Below, one piece after another: positions 29,733-38,893 of a stretch of DNA of 64,000 nt. Each line of letters starts with the position of its first letter. Position 1 is the first letter of the stretch. The notes beneath the pieces were generated by a model. It did no database searches and was not told the origin of the DNA. It saw only the letters and a program-made list of their open reading frames with translations. The translations under genes were made by a program, and so were the position numbers. Source of the stretch: Verrucomicrobiota bacterium (lineage in GTDB: Bacteria > Verrucomicrobiota > Kiritimatiellia > CAIQIC01 > JAGNIJ01); assembly GCA_022710725.1 (NCBI GenBank), contig JAKLGK010000005.1, positions 156,347 through 220,346 of the forward strand, given 5' to 3'.

Positions 29733-30872
29733 GTGAGCGCGCAAACGGAATATCTCGGCGCCGGCTCGGTGGCCTGCCTGGGCGAGGTGCTGCAACGGCA
29801 CGCGCCGCGCCGGGTGTTCCTGGTCACCGGGCGGGCCTCCTACGAGGCCTCCGGCGCGCGGGCGGCGATCGAGCCGCTCCTCGGCGCGACGCCGTTCGTC
29901 CGGTTCCACGACTTCGAAAGCAATCCGCGGCTGGAGGACGTCGAGCGCGGAATCCGCCTGTTCCGCGAGTCGGCCTGCGACCTCGTCGTCGCCGCCGGCG
30001 GCGGCAGCGTGATGGACATGGCCAAGTCGGTGCGCTTCCTGGCCGCCCAGGAAGCGGGGGCGCGGGATTGCCTGCGGGATGCGGGCGGCCCGCGGCGGCG
30101 CGGCGCGCCGCTGGCGGCGATCCCGACCACGGCCGGCTCCGGCAGCGAGGCGACGCGCTTTGCGGTGCTGTACGTGGACCGGGAGAAGGAGTCGCTCGAG
30201 CACGAGTTCGTCCTGCCGGACTACGCTATCGTGGATCCCGGCCTGACGGCGCGCCTCTCCCCGCGGCAGACGGCCATTTCCGGGCTGGACGCTCTGTGCC
30301 AGGCGACGGAGTCCTTCTGGTCCGTGCTCTCTACGCCCGAATCGCAGGGTTACGCGCGCCGCGCGCTGGGCCTGGTGCTGGAGCACCTGGACCGTGCCGT
30401 GAACAGGCCCGACGCCGCCGCCCGGGCCGGCATGGCCGAGGCCGCGCACGTCGCGGGCAAGGCGATCTGCATCTCCAAGACAACGGCCTGCCACGCGGTG
30501 TCGTATCCGCTGACGTCGTATTTCGGCGTCCCGCATGGCCTGGCCGCGGCCCTGACGCTGCCGTCCATGCTGGCGTTCAACGCGGGCGTGACGGTCGCGG
30601 ACTGCCAGGATGCGCGCGGGGCGGCATGGGTGGGGCGCATTCTCGGGGAACTGATGGCCCTTATCGGCGCCGATTCCCCGGCGGGCGCCGCGGCGGCGCT
30701 CACCGATTTGATGCGGAACGTGGGGATGCCCGTTCGGCTCGGTGAAGCGGGCATCCGGCCCGCGGACATTCCGCTGATACTCGATCACGGATTCAATCCC
30801 GGCCGCGTAAAGAACAATCCGCGCCGGCTGACACGGGAAGAACTGAAGGCTCTCTTGGACGCTATGGCCTAG
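29733..30872 (+). CDS. Iron-containing (group III) alcohol dehydrogenase, candidate phosphonoacetaldehyde reductase
   Basis: It has the GGGSVMD motif and the Fe-ADH histidine motifs. Its position right after ppd mirrors the PhpC/FomC/Pdh position. Confidence 0.75.
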   Translation: MSAQTEYLGAGSVACLGEVLQRHAPRRVFLVTGRASYEASGARAAIEPLLGATPFVRFHDFESNPRLEDVERGIRLFRESACDLVVAAGGGSVMDMAKSVRFLAAQEAGARDCLRDAGGPRRRGAPLAAIPTTAGSGSEATRFAVLYVDREKESLEHEFVLPDYAIVDPGLTARLSPRQTAISGLDALCQATESFWSVLSTPESQGYARRALGLVLEHLDRAVNRPDAAARAGMAEAAHVAGKAICISKTTACHAVSYPLTSYFGVPHGLAAALTLPSMLAFNAGVTVADCQDARGAAWVGRILGELMALIGADSPAGAAAALTDLMRNVGMPVRLGEAGIRPADIPLILDHGFNPGRVKNNPRRLTREELKALLDAMA

Positions 30873-30935
30873 GTGCGGGGATCCTCTCCCCCATCGGGAC
30901 TTTCGGGCGGAAACCCTCCATTATGCATGCCGGAT

Positions 30936-30963
30936 CGCCGCGAATGTCGCGGCGTTTTTTTTA
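30936..30963 (+). terminator. Rho-independent terminator closing the roughly 31-kb plus-strand operon
   Basis: The hairpin cgccgcga-atg-tcgcggcg (8-bp GC stem) is followed by a T9 run. Confidence 0.65.
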
Positions 30964-31083
30964 TTGAAAACGAGTTGGGAACGAGTATGTTTTGCGCACT
31001 ATTTTTTTCTGTGAAGAGAACGGCTTTCGAGTCATCGAAATAAACGACACCCGAGCCCTCCTAATCTCCCCAGAGATTTCACG

Positions 31084-33681
31084 ATGATTCGTCAGCACCT
31101 CTATTTGCACGCCCTGTTTGGTAAAGCGCTTTACCCGTTTGTCGTTTTCATGGGGGTGCTTGCCGCGCGGGCGGAAGTTCCTTTTTCCCTCATCATCCTG
31201 CCCGATACGCAATACTACACCGATAGCACGACCAATCGTTCGGCGATGTTCTCGGCTCAAACGGACTGGATTCTGGCCAACCGGACGAACCTGAACATCC
31301 GTTTTGTCCTGCACGAGGGCGACATCACCGAACACACATACAGCTATCGCGGAACGAACACGCTGGAGTGGCAGCGCGCGAGCCAGTGCATGGCGCCGCT
31401 GGACGGGAAGGTTCCGTACTTGGTCACCTACGGCAATCACGATTTCTTCTACAACGCCGGAATCTTCTCGAGGAACACGGACCGCTTCAACGAGTACTTC
31501 CCGCTAAGCCGGTTCCAGGCGACAGCTTCTGTTGTAGACAGTTTCCCGGCGGGGCGGTCTGACAACATCGGTGCCGTGTTCACGGCGGGCGGGGTGGACT
31601 GGCTGGTCGTGTCCCTGGAGTGGGGGCCGGGCGACGCCACGCTGGCCTGGGCGGACCAGCTGCTCAACCGCTATCCCCGCCACCGGGCGATCGTGCTGAC
31701 GCACTCCTATCTCTACCTGGACGGCCTGTGGCAGGGAAGGCTGGCCAGTCACAATTCCGATCCGCACGAGGGCTATGGCCCCGTGAACAACGGTCTGGAG
31801 ATGTGGGATAAGTTCGTTCGGAAGCACTCCAATATCGCGTTCGTGTTCAATGGGCACGCGGCGACATCGCCCTGGGAAACAGGCGCCCGGCGCGTGGACC
31901 AGGGAGACTTCAGCAACACGGTGCACGCGGTGGTGGCCAATTACCAGATGATGACCAATGGCGGCGCAGGGTACCTTCGCATCCTGCAGTTCACGCCGGA
32001 CACCGGCCGCCTGAATGTCACCACGTACTCCCCGCACCTGGGGAATTATAAAACCGACACGAACAACCAGTTCGCCTGCACCAACCGGGCGCTGTTCGAT
32101 GCCTCGCCCCCCGGATCGCCGTCGGGCCTCCGGGTGGAGGCGGTGGATGGTTCGACGTGCCGGCTGACGTGGGAGCCCGCCGCGGACGGGGAGAGCGGCC
32201 TGCTGGGCTACGCTGTCTTCCGGGACACGCAGCAGGTGGCGTTCGTGCAGGGCGCGGAATGCACCGACTGGTCCGCGCCGCCGGACACGCTGTGCTCCTA
32301 CCGGGTGGTCGCCATCAACGGCGCGGGGTGCTGGTCCGAGGGGGCGGCTTCGGCGGTGGTGGTGACGCCGCGGGAGGTCCGGGCGCCCGCGGTCGACAAC
32401 GTATGGGCCGCGGCATCGAACGAGGTGCGTGTGTCCTTCGACAAGGCGGTGGACAGCCGCGACGCGATGGCTCCCACCAACTACAGTTTCGGGGAGGCCC
32501 TGGCCCTGGAGGGCGTGACCCTGGCCCCGGGCGCCCGCGAGGTGATCCTGACGACCGAGCCCATGGAGGACGGGTCCTGCTATCCCCTGCTCATCAAGGG
32601 GTGGGAATCTCATCATCCGGACGGCGACCGGTCGGCGGGGGAATGGCTGTTCGATCATTCCACCCCGGTGCTGCAGGAGGGCTTCGCGGACGGGGACCTG
32701 GCCGGCTGGGCCGCGATGGACGAGGGAACCCTCAACGCCCCGTCGCTCTGGTCCGTGCAATCCAACCGGGTCAAGCAGGCTTCCTTCATCGGCGGGCCTG
32801 CCTGGAACTCCCTGTTCAACCGGCAGGGCGCCTTCCTGCTGTGGACCGCGGAGGTCGCCGCGGCCTGGAGCGACTACGCCATGGAGGCGGATATCACGAC
32901 GGGGTACGGTGGTGGTATCGGCTTGGTCTTCCGATACCAGAATCCTTCCAACTACTACCGCTTCGAGATGGACCAGACAAACAGGTGCCGACGGTTATAT
33001 CGGCAGCGGAACGGGACCAACGAGATGCTGGCTTGGAACTGGCACGGTTACACGGTGAACAGCAATCAGCACATCCGGATCGAGGTGCTGGCGGATACAG
33101 TGCGGGTTTTTGTGAACGGGGCGGACGTGTTCGGCCGGACAATCGTGGATGCCTTGCCGCTGGCCTCGGGTACGGTCGGCCTGTGGACGTGGCGTTCGCG
33201 GCCGACCTGGTTCGACAACATCACCGTCAGGCCCATCCAGATCGCGGCGTCCACGGCGGAATACAACCGCTATATCCTGGAATACTGGGACGAGGCGGGC
33301 AACGGATGGCAGGGCCGGGGCGGCGGGAAACCCAGGCCCTCGCTGAACCCCCATGCCGACGCGGACGGGGACGGGATGACGAACTACAAGGAATACGTGT
33401 CCATGACGCATCCCATGAACCGCGACAGCGTGTTCCGGGTGAGCCTGGTCGCGACGAATCCCGGCCGCGTGAGCATTTCCTTCCCCTCGAGCACGAACCG
33501 CCTGTACCGGGTGTACGCCCGCCGGACCTCGACCGGGGGGACGTGGTGGCCGCTGCAGTCCGCCGCCTTCCGGGGGGATCCGGTTCAGACCATGCGGGAG
33601 GACTTGCTGCGGTCCTCGCCGCCCCCGCTCATGCCGGCGGACCGGCGGTATTATCGGGTGGATGTCCAGCGGCCCCGCTGA
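31084..33681 (+). CDS. Secreted calcineurin-like metallophosphoesterase with FN3 and LamG/DUF1080-like jelly-roll domains
   Basis: It has a signal peptide (…VVFMGVLAARAEVP) and the metallophosphoesterase motifs (HEGDITEH, GNHD). An FN3-like segment precedes a C-terminal DUF1080-like domain (IGLVFRYQNPSNYYRFEMD). Confidence 0.7.
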   Translation: MIRQHLYLHALFGKALYPFVVFMGVLAARAEVPFSLIILPDTQYYTDSTTNRSAMFSAQTDWILANRTNLNIRFVLHEGDITEHTYSYRGTNTLEWQRASQCMAPLDGKVPYLVTYGNHDFFYNAGIFSRNTDRFNEYFPLSRFQATASVVDSFPAGRSDNIGAVFTAGGVDWLVVSLEWGPGDATLAWADQLLNRYPRHRAIVLTHSYLYLDGLWQGRLASHNSDPHEGYGPVNNGLEMWDKFVRKHSNIAFVFNGHAATSPWETGARRVDQGDFSNTVHAVVANYQMMTNGGAGYLRILQFTPDTGRLNVTTYSPHLGNYKTDTNNQFACTNRALFDASPPGSPSGLRVEAVDGSTCRLTWEPAADGESGLLGYAVFRDTQQVAFVQGAECTDWSAPPDTLCSYRVVAINGAGCWSEGAASAVVVTPREVRAPAVDNVWAAASNEVRVSFDKAVDSRDAMAPTNYSFGEALALEGVTLAPGAREVILTTEPMEDGSCYPLLIKGWESHHPDGDRSAGEWLFDHSTPVLQEGFADGDLAGWAAMDEGTLNAPSLWSVQSNRVKQASFIGGPAWNSLFNRQGAFLLWTAEVAAAWSDYAMEADITTGYGGGIGLVFRYQNPSNYYRFEMDQTNRCRRLYRQRNGTNEMLAWNWHGYTVNSNQHIRIEVLADTVRVFVNGADVFGRTIVDALPLASGTVGLWTWRSRPTWFDNITVRPIQIAASTAEYNRYILEYWDEAGNGWQGRGGGKPRPSLNPHADADGDGMTNYKEYVSMTHPMNRDSVFRVSLVATNPGRVSISFPSSTNRLYRVYARRTSTGGTWWPLQSAAFRGDPVQTMREDLLRSSPPPLMPADRRYYRVDVQRPR

Positions 33682-34807
33682 CGACGGTCTCGAAGACGTC
33701 CCGGTATGCCCGCCCCGTCTGCTCCCACGAGAAGGCGCGGCAGCGTTCCCGTCCCCTGCGCGCCAGTTCCTCGCGCAGGCCCGGCTCACGCTCCAGGCGG
33801 AGCAGGGCTTCCAGCAGCGCGTCCGCATTGCCTGCGGGCACCACCAGGGCGGCATCGCCGGCCACTTCCGGCAGCGAGCCCGCGTCGGAACAGATCACCG
33901 GTACGCCTCGTTCCATGGCCTCGAGGACGGGGAACCCGAATCCCTCCGTGCGCGATGGCAGGATCAAGGCCCGGCTGATGGCGTAGAGCGCCTCCATGCA
34001 GGCGTCGCTGACGCGGCCCGGCCAGACAGCCGATCCCTCGAGGCCCAGGTCGTGGATGTCCTTCAGCACGGAATCGTGAAACTCGCCCGGCGGCCCGGGG
34101 AGGACCAGCGGCAGGGGGGCCGGCGCGCGCCGCCGGTACTCGGCATAGGCGCGGAGCAGGATGTCCCGGCCCTTGCCCCTGTAGTCCGTGCGGGCGGGCG
34201 AGAACAGGATGTGTTTAAGCGAAAGGCCTGTTTCCTCGCGGATCACCGTCCGGGGATCTGCGAGCCGGGCGGACGTCGCGCGCGGGGACGGCCCCAGGTG
34301 GATGACGCGCGGGGTTCGGGCTCCCGGGAACAGGCGAACCAGATCGTCGGCCGTGGCCTGCGAGATACTGGTCAGGGCCGCGGCCCGGCGCAGCGTGCGC
34401 GGTGTGGACCAGTATCGGCAGTATAGCGTGCGGCTGCGGCGGAAGCGGTTCTTCACCAGGAATCCGCCCATGTCCAGGAAGGTCCCCACGGTCGGGACCT
34501 CCCACGGCCCCGGAAAACTCGCGCTGCCGCTGGGCACCCAGAAGACATCGAAGGCCTGACGGGTGACGACGCGCGGCGCGCGCCATTCGAGCCAGACCGC
34601 CTTCTTCCACTGCCGGTCCAGCCACGGCACGTACTCGGCCTTCACGCCGGGCAGCCGCTCCCGGAGCGCGTCGCGGGCCTGGGCGTTGCAGAAGACCGTG
34701 ATGGACCAGTCCGGGACCTGCCGCCCGAGTTCCTCCAGGGTCCGCTCGACGAAGAGTTCCGCGCCGGCTCGCCGGCCGTACAAGGTGTATATCGCCGCCA
34801 GCCTCAT
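33629..34807 (-). CDS. Glycosyltransferase family 4
   Basis: It has the GT-B fold and the ILPSRTEGFGFPVLEAMERGVPVI E-x7-E motif. Confidence 0.75.
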   Translation of the reverse strand: MRLAAIYTLYGRRAGAELFVERTLEELGRQVPDWSITVFCNAQARDALRERLPGVKAEYVPWLDRQWKKAVWLEWRAPRVVTRQAFDVFWVPSGSASFPGPWEVPTVGTFLDMGGFLVKNRFRRSRTLYCRYWSTPRTLRRAAALTSISQATADDLVRLFPGARTPRVIHLGPSPRATSARLADPRTVIREETGLSLKHILFSPARTDYRGKGRDILLRAYAEYRRRAPAPLPLVLPGPPGEFHDSVLKDIHDLGLEGSAVWPGRVSDACMEALYAISRALILPSRTEGFGFPVLEAMERGVPVICSDAGSLPEVAGDAALVVPAGNADALLEALLRLEREPGLREELARRGRERCRAFSWEQTGRAYRDVFETVVSGAAGHPPDNTAGPPA

Positions 34808-34867
34808 GATTCGGGCTCACCATACGCTATCCGGCGGGCGGGCGGAAGCGCGAAGGAGAAGCGCGTC

Positions 34868-37207
34868 CTACTCCGGCCGCAGGACGTAGTATGGCCAGAC
34901 CAGGCGGAAAAAGTTCCGCGGCCCGAACGCGTCCAGGTCGAGTTCAACGACGCGCTGGGTAGTCTCCGCGCTGGAGAGCTGCCAGGCCTCCCAGCGCGAC
35001 AGCAGGTTGGTGTTGAGTTCGATCGAGTAGGTGCGGTGCTGCTCGCCCTCGAAGCCCAGCCACATCCGGTTCGTTGCCGGGCCGTCGATGGCCAGCGGTG
35101 GCGGCTCCGGCCACGCGGCGGCATTCGTGCTGTCCAGCCGCCAGACGTCGTGCATGCAGAAGAGGTCGTTGCTGCTGCCAGCCGTGATCCAGAGCGCCGC
35201 CTCCGTCAGGTAAAGGCTGTGGGCATGCCGGGGCGGCCAGGGCGTTCCGGCCAGTTGAAGCCATGAGGCCCCGTCGGCGGAGAACCAGACATCGTTGAGG
35301 TTCTGATCGTATGCGCCGCCGGTGATCCACAGACGGTTGGCGTAGACGCCGACGCGGTGATACAGGCGCGCCTGCCAGGGGCTCCCGGGCGTCGCGCAGG
35401 TCCAGTTGGAGCCGTCCGCCGTGCTCCAGACGTCGTTGAAATACTGCCGGTCGGGCGCGTTGGGCGTCTGGTAGGTGCCCCCGCCGACCAGCCAGAGCTG
35501 GTTGCTCAATACGGCCCGGCCCGAGATCATGCCGCGGGGCGACCACGGGGCGTGGTCAAGCACCCGGACCCAGTCCGCGCCGTTGGTGGAGCGCCAGACG
35601 TCGTTGTAGAATACGGCGTTGGTCGGCGTCCCGGGCACGAGCTGGGGCAGTTCCTGGCCGCCCATGACCCACAGGCAGCCGTTGAACTCGGTCGCGTAAT
35701 GCAGGACCCGGTTGCTCCAGGGCACGGTCGCCGCGACCTGCACCCAGTCGGCTCCGTTGGTGGAGGACCAGACGTCGTTCTGGTAGTGCCCGCGGTTCGC
35801 GTCGCCGCCGAGGACCCACATCTTCCCGTCGTGCACGGCGTAGCCCGCGGTATGCCGGGGTTCCCACGGCGCGTTGGTCACCCACGCCCAGTCCGCGCCG
35901 TTGCTGGAAACCCACACTTCGTTCAGGGTGTACGGGTCGGGCTCCGTCTCGGGCGCCCACCCGCCGAGCAGCCACAGGCGGCCGTCGAACACCAGGTCGC
36001 CGGCCCCGTCGCGGGATGAAAAGGCGGCCGCGTGCTGGACCTGCGTCCAACGCCAGGGCGCCTCGGGCAGGCGGTCGTCGGACAACGCGAGGACTTCCGC
36101 CTCCGAAAGGGCGCGGTTCCACAGGCCCACGTCGTCGATCTCGCCGTACCAGAAGGCGGACGTGGAGGAACTGCAGCCGAGAAGCAGCGGGCCGGATGCG
36201 CCGATCGCGCCGGCCTGCGCGGCTGTTTCCCGCAGGATGCCGTCCGAGTACACCCGGACCTCGGCGCCGCTGCGGCAGACCGCCACGTGGTGCCACAGGC
36301 CGTCCGTGAACTCGTAGGTGTCGGCGCGCTTGGAAATATGGACGTTGTCGAGTTTGAATCGGCACTGGTTGGTCCACTTGGCCTGAATGCAAATCCGCGT
36401 GTCCGCGGCGCCGTCGATCAGGTCCAGGGTCTGCCGGGTCATGATGTCGGGCGCGGTGATCTCGCCGCCCGCGAGCTGGAACGGCGCGCCGTTGGTGGAC
36501 ATCAGGACCTGGATGACCGCCGTGTCGGAGGTCCATCGGACCAGGTCGAAGAGCAGCCGAGACCGGCCCAGGTCCGCGTCCAGGTCCAGCGAGGGGGTGG
36601 TCAGGCTGCCGTGAGCGGCGGACGAGCCCAGCTTGGCCCTCCCCCCGTCGGAAAACACCTTGGACCCGGTCCAGCCCGTCGTGGAAAGGTAGGCATTGAG
36701 GTTGGAGCCCAGATCGAGCGTGCTGTTGGTGACGGCGAACCCGGAAAAATCCTCGACCAGGTTCGTGACGCGGCTCTCGATGCGGATGCCCGTGCTGCCC
36801 CCGCCGTTCCAGTAGGCCCAGAGGCTGCTCTCGTCGTTCACTTCCAGGTCCAGGTTGGCCCCGCCCGGCGCGCCCAGCCCGAACACATACATCTTCTGGC
36901 GGCCGATGGATCGCGCCCAGAAGGCGATGGAGAAGTCGCCGCCCACCGCCAGGCCGGTGTCGGGCACCGCGACGTAGTCGTTCTGGCCGTCGAAGCGGAG
37001 CGCCTGGTCCCGGAAGGCGAATCGGTCGGCGGCCGCCGCGGCGCCCCGGATCTCGCCGTCCCGACTGTTCCCGCTGCCGTCCGTCGCGTCGCCGTCGAAG
37101 GGGTAGTAGGCGATTCGAGCCGCCTCCTGCCCCCCGGCCGGAAGCGCCAGCGCGCCGAGCAGCAGGGCGGCGCCGAGGCGGCCCGGCCGCTGGCCAAACA
37201 AAACCAT
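34868..37207 (-). CDS. Secreted LamG/concanavalin-like lectin domains followed by a Kelch/galactose-oxidase-type beta-propeller
   Basis: It has a signal peptide and two LamG-like segments. Repeated blades (NDVW.S.DG..W) fill the C-terminal half. Confidence 0.6.
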   Translation of the reverse strand: MVLFGQRPGRLGAALLLGALALPAGGQEAARIAYYPFDGDATDGSGNSRDGEIRGAAAAADRFAFRDQALRFDGQNDYVAVPDTGLAVGGDFSIAFWARSIGRQKMYVFGLGAPGGANLDLEVNDESSLWAYWNGGGSTGIRIESRVTNLVEDFSGFAVTNSTLDLGSNLNAYLSTTGWTGSKVFSDGGRAKLGSSAAHGSLTTPSLDLDADLGRSRLLFDLVRWTSDTAVIQVLMSTNGAPFQLAGGEITAPDIMTRQTLDLIDGAADTRICIQAKWTNQCRFKLDNVHISKRADTYEFTDGLWHHVAVCRSGAEVRVYSDGILRETAAQAGAIGASGPLLLGCSSSTSAFWYGEIDDVGLWNRALSEAEVLALSDDRLPEAPWRWTQVQHAAAFSSRDGAGDLVFDGRLWLLGGWAPETEPDPYTLNEVWVSSNGADWAWVTNAPWEPRHTAGYAVHDGKMWVLGGDANRGHYQNDVWSSTNGADWVQVAATVPWSNRVLHYATEFNGCLWVMGGQELPQLVPGTPTNAVFYNDVWRSTNGADWVRVLDHAPWSPRGMISGRAVLSNQLWLVGGGTYQTPNAPDRQYFNDVWSTADGSNWTCATPGSPWQARLYHRVGVYANRLWITGGAYDQNLNDVWFSADGASWLQLAGTPWPPRHAHSLYLTEAALWITAGSSNDLFCMHDVWRLDSTNAAAWPEPPPLAIDGPATNRMWLGFEGEQHRTYSIELNTNLLSRWEAWQLSSAETTQRVVELDLDAFGPRNFFRLVWPYYVLRPE

Positions 37208-37346
37208 GATTTCATACTGTCAGGCCTTCGTGTTTTTGCAACCCCGGACGTGCGGCCGGGATGCGGATAACTCTTGCCCGACTTGCGGGATGTGATAGGG
37301 TTTACGCCGCTTTCGGCCCGTTTTCTGCGCGTGCCGGGCGGCAACC

Positions 37347-38870
37347 ATGGCTTCAGATAAAATAGTCCGCGTCCCCATTGCCCTGCTGGGCATCGCGGGA
37401 TTCGTGATAGGGCTGGTGGCCTCGTACTGGGTGGCCGGCTTTTTCGGGTTCTCGCCCGCCCTCATGTGGTCGGTGCTGGTCATTCTGTTCGTGGTCGGCG
37501 TCTTCTTCCTGGAACACCCGAAACTGTACCTCTACTTCGTCTTCTTCTACCACGCCGTGTCGTTCAACGGCCTGTTCTTCGGGTGCCTGTATGTCCCCAT
37601 CCCGTTCATCGGCATCCTCGACGAGGCCCTGCTGGCGGTCCCCATGGCGATCATCGTGATGAAGGCGATCCATCGCCAACTGCCCCGCGGCGCGACGTTC
37701 TTTCCCCTCCTGTACCTGGGCCTGGCGCTGTTGAGCTGGAAGGTCAACCACGTCCCGACCCTCAACTTCATCCGCGTGACCCTTTCGTACGGCAAGTTCT
37801 ACATCTTCTGGTTCTATGCCCGCGCCATCGGGCCCTGGTCGCCGCGGGAAAAGAAGCTGTGGTTCATCATGCTCCTGGCCCTGGCGTTCCTTCAGCTCCC
37901 CTTCAATGTAGTCTGGCAGAAAGGCTTGTCGATCCGCCTCACGGCGGATGACAGCCGGGGATCGATCGGCAGCGCGCACATCGTGGGGTACATGTCCGTC
38001 ATCGCCCTCTTCCTGCTCGGGGGCTGGCTGTTCTCGCTGAAGCCGCCGGTCCCGCGGAAGCGTGTGGCGCTCGCGCTGTTCATGGCGCTGCTGATCGCGT
38101 ATGACCTCATTTTCCTGACCGATACGAAGCATGTGCTGCTGATGGTCCCCCTCGCGGCGGCGCCCATGTTCCTGTTCCCGCGCATCGGGATACGGAACCG
38201 GGTGCTGTTCGGGCTGGCTATGCTGGTCTTCCTTGTGGCGAGCTGGGTCTACCTGTCGTTTGCCACGAAGTCCTGGGAGAATCGCCCGGCCATGGTGATG
38301 CACTCTATGAAGTACTCGGGCAAGGGCGCCGTGTTCCGAACGATCACCCGCGACCTGGCCGGCGAGGTGCCCCTGCTGGGCCTGCTGGGCGCCGGCCCCG
38401 GCAATTTCTGCAGCACGGTGGGCACGTACAGCATGCGGCCGTTGGCCAACAAGTACGTGCTGCCCTACGTCCTGACCGCGTTCCGGAGCCGCGGGCAAGC
38501 CGCCGAAACCTCGGTGATCGGGAGCGCCATGAGCTCGCTCTACACGCTGTGGGGCGAGTTCGGGCCGATCTCCATGGCCTTCTACTTCTGGTTCTGGTTC
38601 GCCGCCATGCGCCATCTCTGGAGGCTCTGCCTCCAGGATCCCGGGTTCTCGTTCGAAACCGGGCAGCGGCTCGGCATCATCGGAGGCGTCATCACGGTCT
38701 TTCTCGTCGGGATGCTGATCGAAACCTTCAACTTGAGCATGCTGATGCTTCCGCTCTGGAGCCTGGTGGGTATCCATTGGGTGTCCGGGCCGGAGGCGCC
38801 CACGCAACGGAAGGAGGATGAACTGGCCCTGCAGGTCGGCTCGTCCTTCCGGATGCCGTTCCGGTTCTGA
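37347..38870 (+). CDS. O-antigen ligase/polymerase-like membrane protein (Wzy_C family)
   Basis: A polytopic membrane protein with one large periplasmic loop, but no diagnostic motif. Confidence 0.6.
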   Translation: MASDKIVRVPIALLGIAGFVIGLVASYWVAGFFGFSPALMWSVLVILFVVGVFFLEHPKLYLYFVFFYHAVSFNGLFFGCLYVPIPFIGILDEALLAVPMAIIVMKAIHRQLPRGATFFPLLYLGLALLSWKVNHVPTLNFIRVTLSYGKFYIFWFYARAIGPWSPREKKLWFIMLLALAFLQLPFNVVWQKGLSIRLTADDSRGSIGSAHIVGYMSVIALFLLGGWLFSLKPPVPRKRVALALFMALLIAYDLIFLTDTKHVLLMVPLAAAPMFLFPRIGIRNRVLFGLAMLVFLVASWVYLSFATKSWENRPAMVMHSMKYSGKGAVFRTITRDLAGEVPLLGLLGAGPGNFCSTVGTYSMRPLANKYVLPYVLTAFRSRGQAAETSVIGSAMSSLYTLWGEFGPISMAFYFWFWFAAMRHLWRLCLQDPGFSFETGQRLGIIGGVITVFLVGMLIETFNLSMLMLPLWSLVGIHWVSGPEAPTQRKEDELALQVGSSFRMPFRF

Positions 38871-38893
38871 TGCCCGGCGTCCGGCCGGTCCCG

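Noticed and set aside
33629-33681. A 53-bp convergent overlap between the 3' ends of the phosphoesterase gene (+) and the GT4 gene (-)
   Set aside because: The GT4 C-terminal tail (…SGAAGHPPDNTAGPPA) is a non-conserved extension up to the first stop. The overlap is most likely incidental, with no evidence of a regulatory role.
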